In this document: piece by piece, positions 53,401-64,000 of the stretch | Layout of the letters: each line of letters begins with the position of its first letter | How positions within the stretch are numbered: the stretch's first letter is position 1 | Assembly: GCA_964016885.1 (NCBI GenBank) | Contig: OZ024740.1 | Coordinates: forward strand, 88,412,001-88,476,000 | Direction of reading: 5' to 3' | DNA length: 64,000 bases | Source of the DNA: Eledone cirrhosa | Lineage: Eukaryota | Program-made: the position numbers and the translations under genes | The notes under the pieces: generated by a model | Database searches by the model: none | The model's input: the letters and a program-made list of their open reading frames with translations, nothing else | Told to the model about the DNA's origin: nothing

Positions 53401-54318
53401 GATGTCAACCGAATCTTGTCCTAGCCCGTCAGCATTCATCTCCTCAGTGGCCGTATCTCTGTTCCAGGTATTATTTATCTCAGTATTCAGATCATTGTCT
53501 GCTTCGGGTGGTTCCTCCGTTCTCAGGACCTCCTCACCTTCATTTCCCTCCGGCTCGCTTGTCTGGCATACTACACCCGCCATCTCCAAGCCATTCTCTC
53601 TGCTCAGTTCCTCCAGTTCCAGCTCGCTTATCCACCCATTAGTTCTTATTACCCGAGCCTGCCCGGCCAATTTTTGTTCATCTAATTTAAATAAACCAAT
53701 CTCGTTCCAGATGTTATGCATCCGTCTCCTGTAGCCCCTCTCCTTGGGGTTACTTTTCAGGTAGCATTGCATAACAGTTCTATTCAATTCTTTCGTCCAG
53801 TTGGTTCTGGCCCCTTTCCTTCTTCTTCTTCCTCCAACATCAGCAGTATTTGGTCGACAGTCAGGTTCCTGCTGCTGAGCCAGGGGGCACCTGTTGGGTG
53901 AGAGTCTGTCACATGACGTTCTAGTCTCCATTTCACCGTTATTCGAACTGTTTATGTTCGATATTTAAACACTCTTATCGAGGATTGGCGAACGTATGTT
54001 TACATAGCCATCTGTGGATCCGCCATCCCACTTGGCCATTGTGTGGCATTATCACCACGCTGTATACGGACACACATAAACAAACAAACACACGGGCAGA
54101 AAGGGCCCCAAAAATGAATAAGCATAAGTTTCATTGTAATGTAGTATTCGAATGTCTGACTTAGTTTTTGTTTTTTAAGTTTTACTTTTTCCCCCCTCTT
54201 CTCTGTCCGTCCGCCTGCTTCTCTCTTCATTCTTATTTTCTTTACGTTTTTGGGGTTTCTTCTTTTGTTTTTGTTTTTCTCTGTTTGTTTTTCTCGTTTT
54301 TTTTTGTTTTTTTTAATA

Positions 54319-54325
<7 letters not shown>
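50465..54325 (-). mobile_element. Full-length Dong/R4 family B element (~3.9 kb)
   Basis: Single intact ORF, ~390-nt 5' UTR, ~75-nt 3' UTR, (ATT)n on both sides. Confidence 0.95.
50539..53931 (-). CDS. R4/Dong-clade protein: RT + CCHC + restriction-like (PD-D/ExK) endonuclease, 1130 aa
   Basis: WKSPGPDG, YRPITCL, KAFDMVPH, QGDSLSP, FMDD, YKYLG, CRICGEREETVAHIVSEC, RHD, NRPD, VDVACP, EKINRY. Confidence 0.95.
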   Translation of the reverse strand: METRTSCDRLSPNRCPLAQQQEPDCRPNTADVGGRRRRKGARTNWTKELNRTVMQCYLKSNPKERGYRRRMHNIWNEIGLFKLDEQKLAGQARVIRTNGWISELELEELSRENGLEMAGVVCQTSEPEGNEGEEVLRTEEPPEADNDLNTEINNTWNRDTATEEMNADGLGQDSVDILNLVVDELNNDSGRPMNLRFVDRKKLKETTAKVNKVIPYLEARSLHQCNNILKATANTVRKLLGIKARGNNRQERAEPWWKKRLSGQIGEMRNDIGKLESLLNGTLKNIGTKNRLEIKYKTRSKKLNIIIEELKQRIVAKSAKIRRYENRVSQYKQNRMFDNNQKMLFGQLEGKERGNDLIPGAEQAKTFWRGIWEQDVRHNAQAGWIETVQREIGEQAQQQTDLSITVETLKGQAKKLTNWKSPGPDGVQGYWIKHLTSLHPKLTAMFNDCLVSGEVPEWLTKGTTVLIMKDRSKGNDVTNYRPITCLPVMWKLLTSIVSEEIYHHLHTNNLLPDEQKGCRKKSRGTKDQLLIDKMVMGNCRRRHTDLAMGWIDYRKAFDMVPHSWITKSLEIFRVADNIRQLLGRSMGSWETELTSTGVSLGSVKIKRGIFQGDSLSPLLFVLALMPLTIMLRKVRAGYKLGRGELTINHLLFMDDLKLFGKSEKELDVLVDTVRIFSSDICMQFGIGKCGVIVMRRGRLSRSNGIQIPTGEMIKEIDSEEGYKYLGVLEADGIKNKKMKELLRTEYIRRVRSVLKSHLNSRNAISAVNSRAVSIIRYSAGILRWNVAEQKEMDRKTRKLLTIYNMFHKRSDVDRLYLRRSEGGRGLISIEDCVQMEKNNLYKYVTYSKEPMLRAVLKEGTVGQGISKEEITSRRKSSLKGKSLHSTFFEKTEFRDPQTWNWLRRGDLKKATEGMLMAAQEQALKTKWLKHHIYKEEASPLCRICGEREETVAHIVSECKHLAQTHYKGWRHDVMGRVIHWHLCKVNNLPHSEKWYEHRPEAVMENSQVKVLWDFRIQTDKKLEHNRPDLVVVDKEKRSCLIVDVACPFDTRVQEKEREKINRYQDLKWEVKRIWNCHEVKVIPIVIGALGTISKGFQGWLKKIGPFTLFGTLQKACLLGTARTLRYVLNI

Positions 54326-54377
<52 letters not shown>

Positions 54378-54402
54378 ATTATTATTAATATTATTATTAT
54401 TA

Positions 54403-55363
54403 TCAAGCGAAGACCGAGAGGGAGCGATTGGAGACTGGAATGTCTTCAGGCGCTCACAGCCCTCGACCAATCGGGCAATGTGATCGGTGTAAACTCCACC
54501 TTGGCGTTCTATAGGGGATTAGTGGAGGGGAAGAGCGACGACGTACTTGGAGAAACTCTAGGCGTCGACGAAAATCAAATAGCCAATTTCTTCGGAAGGA
54601 CTTTCGGGCCGGGGCCTATGGACAACTTCCAGAAATCCCTGGCCTGGCAGTGCTACCGGGGAGCTTTGCCAGTTCGGGATAAACTCTACAGGCATGGAGG
54701 TGCCGTCAGCCGGGCATGTCCGAGATGCGCGCAGTGCGACGAAACCGTCCTGCACGCACTCGTCCAGTGTCCGAGCATTGCTGACTTGTGGGTTTATGTC
54801 GAACACCTGCTGTCACGTGTAGGACGGATCCAGCTATCAGCTGAGTCCATCGTGAGGATTGGCCCGCCCCCTTCCTTTAGCCGGGAAGGGCAGGCAGTTT
54901 TTATCTGTCTGGTGGCCATGGCGAAAGAGATAGTATGGTGGACACGTTTGAAAGGGCTGAAGACGAGCACTTACCTCTTCGGTGATGCCCTGATTAACTT
55001 TTTCAAATTTCATTTGAAAAGGAAAATCAGGGTAGAGAGGGAAATGCTCTCTTCCCAGCATTTTGTTGAAAGAAGCAAGTATGGCCCGAATGAATGGGCC
55101 TTCTCTGAGTATGTGTCTGTAAATTAAGGGTGGAAAACTGGGAGAGGGCACTTGCCCTGGTGGTCAGAGTCACTGTGGTCTTTTAATGGGCTTTCTCCAC
55201 AAATGTCCCTCGGAATTCTCCCCCCTATTGGGGAATTTTTATTTGTTATTTTATTTCATCCTCTGTTTTTTACACGCAGAAATGCCCATTTGTACCGTCC
55301 TGTATTGTCCTGTACTGTCCTTAATGTCTACTTTATGTAGACCCTTGTGGTTAATAAAGAAAA

Positions 55364-55364
<1 letters not shown>
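54403..55364 (+). mobile_element. Tx1 family 2, 5'-truncated
   Basis: ORF2 C-terminus plus 3' UTR between (ATT)n tracts. Confidence 0.92.
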
Positions 55365-55409
<45 letters not shown>

Positions 55410-58400
55410 GGCGACCTACGTAGTAAATCGTATTATCGTAAGCACGCAAATGTTTGTTATTTTCAGTTTATTAAAATTGCCATTTATGGAAATATTTTAT
55501 GGTTAACTGTATATAAGTGCACATACATTGTTTTCTGAAAAGGACACTCAAAAAGATTGGTGCCTTGAGCCCAAAATTTAAACTTTTATAAGTATCAAAC
55601 AAAGATTTTTCTTTGGAAAAAATCATGGACGACTCAAAGTCACACCTTCCTCACAAACTAATACCACACACCGACACCACCATTGTAAATATTGCTACGT
55701 TTTCCAACACTGGAATTGTAAGCAGTAGCAATATTTTAAATTTGTCTCAGGCAGACATTCATTTCACGCCATTACCAATGTCTGCAGGTGTTAAAGCCGC
55801 AAACCCCACCACCACAACAGAAACAAAAGAAAAAATAAATTCACTTGTGATATCGAAATGAATTCAACCAAAATGAACTCTTCCACACCGAACACCACTG
55901 ACGCCACCACCACCACAACTGAAACTAAAATTAACAATAACAAAAATAACGATAACAACAACAGCAACAATGAAATTAAGAAAACCACCCTGAGTTTTGC
56001 TTGAGTAGCAAACCAGTGCGAAGCATTCCAGGTAACTCAGAAGGAATTAGAAGAAGCCAAAAAAATGGTAAAGAAAGATGGGTACAGGGTCAGTCTCACC
56101 ACCCACCCACCCCCACCTAATAAAATGGAGCATCGGCGCCTATGCACCGTGTCTTATCGGACGATTAACATAAAATCGCGCCGAGTGGAACGGGCATCCG
56201 AGTCCCAAATCCCCAAAGCTTTGGGACATGTGTGGACAAAAAGAACCCACATCATTCGTGGGCAGAAATATGGTACCGTGGACGTAATCTTTGAAACATC
56301 ACAGGAGGCCAGAGAACACTCCATGGCCCCATTAAGAAGTGATAACTTCACACTCGTCCCAAGCTATTGTGGCCAGAGACTCGTGAAGATCAGGGTGACC
56401 CACATTCCACCGGCCATCGAAATTCCCTGGCTAATAGCTGCCGTTCTCGCCGGCATCGAAGCCAACACCAAGAAAAATCGAAATAGCGAAAGAAAAGCAG
56501 GAGAACTGGTCCGGATCTGGAATGGAGCTCCTGATCGAAGCGGACCAAAAAAGCATTGAGGAGATCCCAGAGGTAATAGACCTCACTGACGGCAGCCACC
56601 TCACCGTAATCGTTGATGGCAGAAGGCCTAGGTGTGTCGTTTGTGGTGAAGGAACCCACCTAAGGGCTTTCTGCCCTCAGGCTAAAAGGTTGAGGACACC
56701 TCTCCCACCCACCCCAGTGACTCAACCATCAACACCACCAGCAGCAGAGCTGGTAGCAACTACTGTAACAGCAACAACCCAGCAACAATAGCAAAACCAA
56801 CACCACCACCACCCAACGCGCCAGAACTAGCACCAGCGCCAACACCATCCACCACGCCACAACCAAAACCAACGCCTGTGGAGGATTTTCCACTCCCCGG
56901 CCTATCACAATTGGAGACAGATTGTGACGACGTGGAGTGGGAAACGGTATCAGGAAAAAGGAAAAAAAGAAACCAAAAAAGAAAGAATTATCTTCCCTCC
57001 CACTCCAAAAAAAAAATACAGAGGGAAACAAATAAACTATCAAACAAAAAAGTGAGCACAGATATGCTACCATCCACACCAGCATCACCAACCCCATCTC
57101 AACAAACACCAACACCATCACCAACACCACAAAAGTCACCAAAATGCGAAACAAACAAACCCACAACAAACGCAAACAAAACAAAACAACCAAAACGATA
57201 CACACTACACATCATTAAATTTGAACAACAACCAATTATTATACTACATCCAACACAACACCAGCATTACAGAAAAAGACTACAACAACCCAAAAGTTCA
57301 CACATACAAATCACTCGCATCACACTGAAAACGTACACGACACTAAAACAAAAATTCCCCAAAGACATCGGAGACTTTCGACAAGCACTCTCCAGGAGGA
57401 TTTATAAGGACATCCTTCCAGAGGAGGCCACAAGCAGTGAAAAGGATCGACAAACCAACCCTCCTCTACGAGAAGTAAGGTAAGTGGTCTTTCCCATCTT
57501 TTCCACTCCATTTCAACATGACCTCACTCAGAATAGGCAGCATAAATGCGCGTGGCTTGGGCTCGTCATGGAAGCAGGGCCACCGGCTCAATGACCTCAG
57601 GTCACTAAACATAGATGTAGTGGCCATCAGCGAGACCAGAATCTCCGAAGCACGGGCCTTCGCACCGATCTTCGATGTGTACGCATCTCCCAACCGTCCG
57701 GGATCGGGGGGAGGAGTTGCTGTGCTTTTCCGGAGAGGTTTGGATCTTGTCATACGGGCCATCTTCCTGGACCCAGAGGGTAAGTTGGTGGTGCTGGACC
57801 TGACCAGCGGAGACGGGCAAGCTTTCAAGCTAGTGGCCGTCTATGCCCCGACAGGAGCAGGGCGGCCTGATTTCTTCCGGCGTCTGGAGACCTTTCTTGG
57901 AACGGTCCGCTCTTTAGTATTAGTGGGCGACTGGAACGGGATCTTAGATGCACGCTGGGACTGTGTGGGATTATCGGTTAGGGGAGGAGGGTGCAAGAGC
58001 CTCACCAACCTGCTCAGGTGTTTTGAACTGTCTGACAGGTACCGATTGAATGTGCCAATGTGGACTTGGACAAATCGCATAGGGTCATCCAGATCATATC
58101 TAGATAGAGTATTTTGTAGGGAAATAGATAGGTCTAGCATAGGCTGTCCATAATTCAAGATAGTCAGCTACACGGACCACAAATTCGGATCTGTGTGCTT
58201 GACTTAGATAGGCTTCATAGACGAGGACCCGGCTACTGGAAGCTAAACGCGTCTTTAACAGCGCGCAAGGCCTACAGAGACCGGATTAGCGAACTTGTTT
58301 AAGCTGGCTTTGACGGGGGCCATCGTCAATAACAAGTGGTGGTTTGCTCTGAAAAGAGCGATTAGAATAGAGTCCATTAGGTTTAGTAAGGCTTTAGCAA

Positions 58401-61104
58401 TAGAGAAAAATAGAGCAGAGGGAGAACTAGTTAGAAAATTAGACGAGGCGCTTAGCAAAGGCATCGCGACCGACATACTTGCGGAGAAATTGGCCCTTGA
58501 CCAATTCTGCAATGCAAAGCTCGAAGGCTGCGTTGCCAGAGCTAGGGTGCGTTCTCTCAGACACGAGGGGACGAAAGCCGTTCAATGGGCCCGAGTTGCG
58601 GAGGCGCGCCGTGGCAACAAAGCCACGATCCGGTCTTTGGTGGACCACGACGGGCGCATGCTACTCGATCCCGGGCAAATGTGTGAAGCTTTCCAGCGAC
58701 ACTTCACGCAGCTGTTCGGGGGCAGCGACCGGCCGGATCGAGGGATGGACTTTAGTGTCCAACTCGACGGACTGCCCCGGCTCTCGGCCACTGAGGCGGA
58801 GTGTTGCGAAAAGCCGATAACAGCCGCTGAAGTACGCGAGGCAATGACTAGCTGCACAGGGGTAAATCGCCTGGTTTGGATGGTCTGCCCTATGAACTTT
58901 ACGTACAGATGCCACACTTGTTCGGAAGCCACTTGGCGGACGTCTACTGCAACTGGCAACAGAACGGGAGAATTCCTAGCTCTATGAGCCGAAGAGCTGT
59001 GGCGCTGCTGAGAAAGGATCCGAACAAGGGGGATAACATAGATAATTTGAGGCACATAACTCAGCTAAACATAGACTTCAAGATTTTGGCCAAGGTGCTA
59101 GCAAAGAGGTTGGCGCTTGTCGTTGGTGGTCTGGTGGGAGAGGTGCAGACGTGCGCCATTCCCGACAGATCTATCCACGACAATCTCCACCTCATGTGAT
59201 ACATCGTAGAGAGGGTATCTAGGGAACCTGGCACGGGTGGATCCTTGATCAATTTAGATCAGTCGAAAGCTTTCGATAGGGTCGACCATCGTTTCCTAGC
59301 GGCAGTCCTGAGGGTGGCCGGCTTTGGGCCCGTCTTCAGAGGCTGGATCGCTGCCATGCACAGCGACATCTGCTCTGTGGTGAGAGTGAACGATCACCTT
59401 TCGGAACCGTTCAACATCATGCCCTCGGTCGACTAAGGATGTTCCCTCTCGTCCCTCTTGTATGTATTGATTCCCGAGCCATTACTGCACAAACTGGAGA
59501 AATTGAGGGGCGTCTCGAGCGAACTACGATGCGGAAGATCCGTGTCAGCATATGCGGACGATGTCACCGTAATGGTGTCGAACGCCAAACACATCGAGGC
59601 GATCGGCACTACACTAAGAGAATACGAAGCGGTGACAGGAGCAATGATCAACCAGGAAAAGTCAGTGGGCCTGCAGCTCGGCACCTGGAGGGGCAGGTCC
59701 ATGCCGTCCAACAGCGTCGTCGGGCGCTGGACGGAAGGACGGGTTAAATTGCTAGGGGTCTGGTTAGGTCCGGACCTCCAGACGGACAAAAACTGGGACG
59801 TGGTGACGAGCAGGGTGGCTTCTCTCACCCAGAAATGGGCGGAGAGGAAGCTATCCCTGAAAGGTTGAGCGGAAGTGGCTAACGCGTACATCGCGTCCGT
59901 CATCTACTATCGCCTGACCGTCGTACCTTGTCCTAAGCCCCGCCCGACTGCGCTGGAGCGTTTGCTCTTTCGCTTTTTGTGGAAGGGACGCGCTCCGATG
60001 GTCAGGCGGTCCATCTGCTGTCAACACCCGCTACGTGGATGGCTGGGCATGCCATGGCTGATGGTGCGCAGACACGCGCTCAGGCTACGACATCTCCACC
60101 TCTTCCTCGACGGTGATCAGGTGTGGTCGCCGTTTGCTAGACGCGTCTTTGCCCAGCTCGTCTCCTTGACGGAGCTGCAATCCTGGGTCATGCGAAGACC
60201 GAGAGGAAGCGCTTGGAGACTGGAATGTCTTCAGGCGCTCACAGCCCTCGACAAATGGGCAATGTGATCGGTGGAAACTCCACCTTGGCGTTCTATAGAG
60301 GATTAGTGGAGCGAAAGAGCGACGACGTACTTGGGGGAAACTCTAGGTGTCGACGAAAATCTACTAGCCAATCTCTTCAGAAGAACTTTCGAGCCGGGGC
60401 CTATGGACAACTTCCAGAAATGCCTGGCCTGGCAGTGCTACCGAGGAGCTTTGCCAGTTCGGGAAACCCTCCTGCACGCACTCGTCCAGTGCCCGAGCAT
60501 TGCTGACTTGTGGGTTTATGTCGAACACCTTCTTTCGCGTGTAGGATGGATCTGGCTTTCAGCTGAGTCCATCGTGAGGATTCCACCGCCCTCTTCCTTT
60601 AGCCGGGAAGTGTAGGCAGTTTTTATCTGTCTGGTGGCCATGGCGAAAGAGATAGTATGGTGGACACGTTTGAAAGGGCTGAAGACGAGCACTCACCTCT
60701 TCAGTGATGCCCTGATTAACCTTTTCCAATTTCATTTGAAAAGGAAAATCAGGGTAGAGAGGGAAGTGCTCTCTTCCCAGCATTTTCTTGAAAGATGGGT
60801 GAGAGAGGCAAGAATGGCCCGAGTGAATGGGCCTACTCTGAGTATGTGTCTGTAAATTAAAGGTGGAAAACTGGGAGAGGGCACTTGCCCTGGTGGTCAG
60901 GTCACTGTGGCTTTTTAATGGGCTTTCTCCACCAATGTTCTTCGGAAGTCTCCCTCTATTGGGGAATTTTTTCATTATTCTATTATTACATCCACTGTTT
61001 TTTGTTTTTTTACACTCAGAAATGCCCTTTTGTACCGTCCTGTATTGTCCTGTACTATCCTTAATTTCTACTTTGTGTAAACCCTTGTGGTTAATAAAGA
61101 AAGC
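55410..61104 (+). mobile_element. Full-length but decayed Tx1 family 2 element
   Basis: Broken ORF1 (about 55625-57483, CVVCGEGTHLRAFC) and broken ORF2 (57518-60855, EN/RT motifs); starts GGCGACC right after (ATT)n. Confidence 0.93.
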
Positions 61105-61137
61105 ATTATTTTTCTTCTTCTTCTTCTTCTTCTTCTT

Positions 61138-61168
<31 letters not shown>

Positions 61169-61198
61169 TTATTATTATTATTACTATTATTATTATTA

Positions 61199-61362
61199 AG
61201 GGCGGTGGATTGGCAGTATCGGTATAGCTCCGGCACCTTGGTTTGTGGTAGAGAGTCACGGCTCTTTAAGTTCTGAGTTCAAATTCCGCCGAGGCTGTAA
61301 TGCTCTGGAGTCGATTTAATCGACTTTCCATTCCACTTCAAATTGCTGGCCTCGTGCAGCTA
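61199..61362 (+). mobile_element. tRNA-derived SINE lacking the central core
   Basis: GGCGGTGGATTGGCAGTATCGG head, GAGTTCAAATTCC B box, AATTGCTGGCCTCGTGC tail; sits directly after (ATT)n. Confidence 0.8.
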
Positions 61363-61779
61363 TTATCATTATTATCATCATCATCATCATTATACATATT
61401 GTTATTGATGTTGTTATTAATACCAGACGTTGCTTCCGAATGTTAATGAAAAATAGTTCTTTTTTGCTTTTCAATTATAAACTACAGGAATAACTAGAAA
61501 GGATTATGATTGGTGTGTAACGGATGCCAACTCTCTGATTGACATTTGTTTCTTGATACTTTGGTTTGCTGTAGTAATAAAGTTAAGGGATATTATGTTT
61601 TAACTATTTTCTGCCAGTCCTGGAAATAATCATTTAACGCATTGTGGAGATGGTTTGCAAATACTAGGATTCACATTTCCGAACACACGTCAATAACTAT
61701 ACTATATATATGATTATATTGTAATTCATAATAACGCTATTGTCATTTTGAGTCGTTATTTGTCAACTGCAAGTCGACG

Positions 61780-62030
61780 CTCTGTAAAAGTATGACATGA
61801 ACTGAAATGAGAAATGGTATGAACACCAGCCCGAAAGGATGGCTGAAAATGAACAGTATAAAATCTTGTTGGACATACAATCCAGTTCGATCATTTCATC
61901 GTGGCAAGAAAGCCTGACATTGTTGCAGAAAACAGCCTTGCTAGGAACAGCAAATATTTAAGAAAGGTGTGGGAAAGTTGAATGAGAAGGATTGACCTAA
62001 AGGACATTTGGGCATTGGCTATGGCTCGTT
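61780..62030 (+). mobile_element. Old Dong/R4 RLE relic
   Basis: KWYEHQPE..ENEQYKIL..IQFDH..ARKPDIV reading. Confidence 0.6.
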
Positions 62031-62078
62031 CTTTTGGTATAATATCGGTATAACAATTGCCAGAGCAAAAGCGTTATG

Positions 62079-62135
<57 letters not shown>

Positions 62136-62159
62136 AATAATAATAATAATAATAATAAT

Positions 62160-64000
62160 GTTTTCTTTATTAACCACAAGGGTTTATATAAAGTATACAT
62201 TAAGGACAGTACAGGACAATACAGGACAGTACAAATGGGCATTTCTGCGTGTAAAAAAAACAGAGGTTGAAATAAAATAACAAAGAAAAATTCCCCAATA
62301 GGGGGAAGACTTCCGAGGGACATTTGTGGAGAAAGCCCATTAAAAGACCACAGTGACCCTGACCACCAGGGCAAGTGCCCTCTCCCAGTTTCCCACCTTT
62401 AATTTACAGACACATACTCAGAATAGACCCATTCACTCGGGCCATTCTTGCCTCTCTCACCCATCTTTCAATAAAATGCGAGAAGAGAGCACTTCCCTTT
62501 CTACCCTGATTTTCCTTTTCAAATGAAATTTGAAAGAGTTAATCAGGGCATCACCGAAGAGGTAAGTGCTCGTCTTCAGCCCTTTCAAACGTGTCCACCA
62601 TACTATCTCTTTCGCCATGGCCACCAGACAGATAAAAACTGCCTACACTTCCCGGCTAAAGGAAGAGGGCGGGGCAATCCTCACGATGGACTCAGCTGAT
62701 AGCTGGATCCGTCCTACACGCGACAGCAGGTGTTCGACATAAACCCACAAGTCAGCAATGCTCGGACACTGGACGAGTGCGTGCAGAACGGTTTCGCCGC
62801 CCTGTGCGCATCTCGGACATGCCCGGCTGACGGCACCTCCATACCTGTAGAGTTTATCCCGAACTGGCAAAGCTCCTCAGTAGCACTGCCAGGCCAGGGA
62901 TTTCTGGAAGTTGTCCATAGGCCCCGGCCCGAAAGTTCTTCCGAAGAGATTGGCTAGTTGATTTTTGACATATGGGCCTGAAATTATCTATGTTATCCCC
63001 CTTGTTCGGATCCTTTCTCAGCAGCGCCACAGCTCCTCGGCTCACAGAGCTGGGAATTCTCCCGTTCAGTTGCAGTAGAGGTCCGCCAATAGGCCTCCGA
63101 ACAAGTCTGGCATCTGTACGTAAAGTTCATAGGGCAGACCATCCAAACCAGGCGATTTACCCCTTGTGCAGCTAGTCATTGCCTCCCGTACTTCAGCGGC
63201 TGTTATCGTCTTTTCGCAACACTCCCCGTCAGTGGTCGAGAGCCTCGGCAGTCCGTCGAGGTAGACACTAAAGTCCATCCCTCGATCCGGCCCGCCGCTG
63301 CCCCCGAACAACTGAGCGAAGTGTCGCTGAAAAGATTCACACATTTGCCCGGTATCGAGTAGCATGCACCTGTCGTGGTCCACCAAAGACCGGATCGTGG
63401 CTTTGTTGCCACGATGCGCCTCCGCCACTCGGGCCCATTGAACGGCTTTCGTCCCCTCGTGTCTCAGAGCACGCACCCTAGCTCTGACAACGCAGCCTTC
63501 GTGCTTTGCATTGCAGAATTGGTCAAGGGCCAATTTCGCCGCAAGTACGTGGGTCGCGATGCCTTTGCTAAGCGCCTCGTCTAATTTTCTAACTAATTCT
63601 CCCTCTGCTCTATTTTTCTCTATTGCTAAAACCTTACTAAACCTAATGGACTCTATTCTAATTGCTCTTTTCAGAGCAAAGCACCACTTGTTGTTGACGA
63701 TGGCCCCCGTCAACGCCCGCTTAACTAGTTTGCTAATCCGGTCTCTGTAGGCCTTGCGCGCTGGTAAGGACGCGTTTATGAAGCCTATCTAAGTCAAGTA
63801 CACAGATCACGAATTTGTGGTCCGTGTAGCTGACTGTCTTGAATTGTGGCAGACTATGCTAGACCTATCTATTTCTCTACAGAATACTCTATCTAGATAT
63901 GATCTGGATGACCCTATGCGATTTGTCCAAGTCCACATTGGCACATTCGGGAAATCCAATCGGTACCTGTCAAACAGTTCAAAACGCCTGAGCAGGTTGG
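62160..64000 (-). mobile_element. Tx1 family 2, internally deleted copy running off the window
   Basis: 3' UTR, ORF2 C-terminus and EN-linker region; RT core deleted at the junction near 62970; preceded by (AAC)n(AAT)n. Confidence 0.92.

Noticed and set aside
54168-55127. 319-aa ORF with a hydrophobic N-terminus; likewise the 346-aa ORF at 45083-46123
   Set aside because: Chance read-through across an ATT/AAT tract joining two adjacent elements; no evidence of a real fusion gene

Overview
AT-rich, microsatellite-rich animal genomic DNA. It is probably cephalopod (octopus-like), an inference from the SINE and LINE families. No host gene can be supported with confidence. Positions 1-34,600 are a patchwork of Penelope-like relics with decayed hammerhead motifs and fold-back junctions at (TA)n, MITEs, a Helitron, tRNA-derived SINEs, RTE relics and one nearly intact 5.8-kb L1/Tx1 element (10226-16057). 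Positions 34,600-64,000 are a nested pile-up of Tx1 and Dong/R4 (RLE) non-LTR retrotransposons separated by (AAT)n/(ATT)n tracts, including one Dong/R4 copy with an intact 1130-aa ORF. Main observations: (1) Tx1 and Dong use the same trinucleotide tract in strictly opposite orientations. (2) Both Tx1 families and the local SINE share a 3' CUUGU-pentaloop hairpin plus an ATT tail, suggesting a Tx1-SINE partnership. (3) Conserved splice signals could give an ORF2-only Tx1 mRNA. (4) Covarying RNA structures occur at the Dong 5' and 3' ends, and an HDV-like fold at the 5' end of a bipartite RTE. (5) A circularly permuted ~548-bp repeat family occurs twice. All family calls come from motif recognition by eye; no searches were run.
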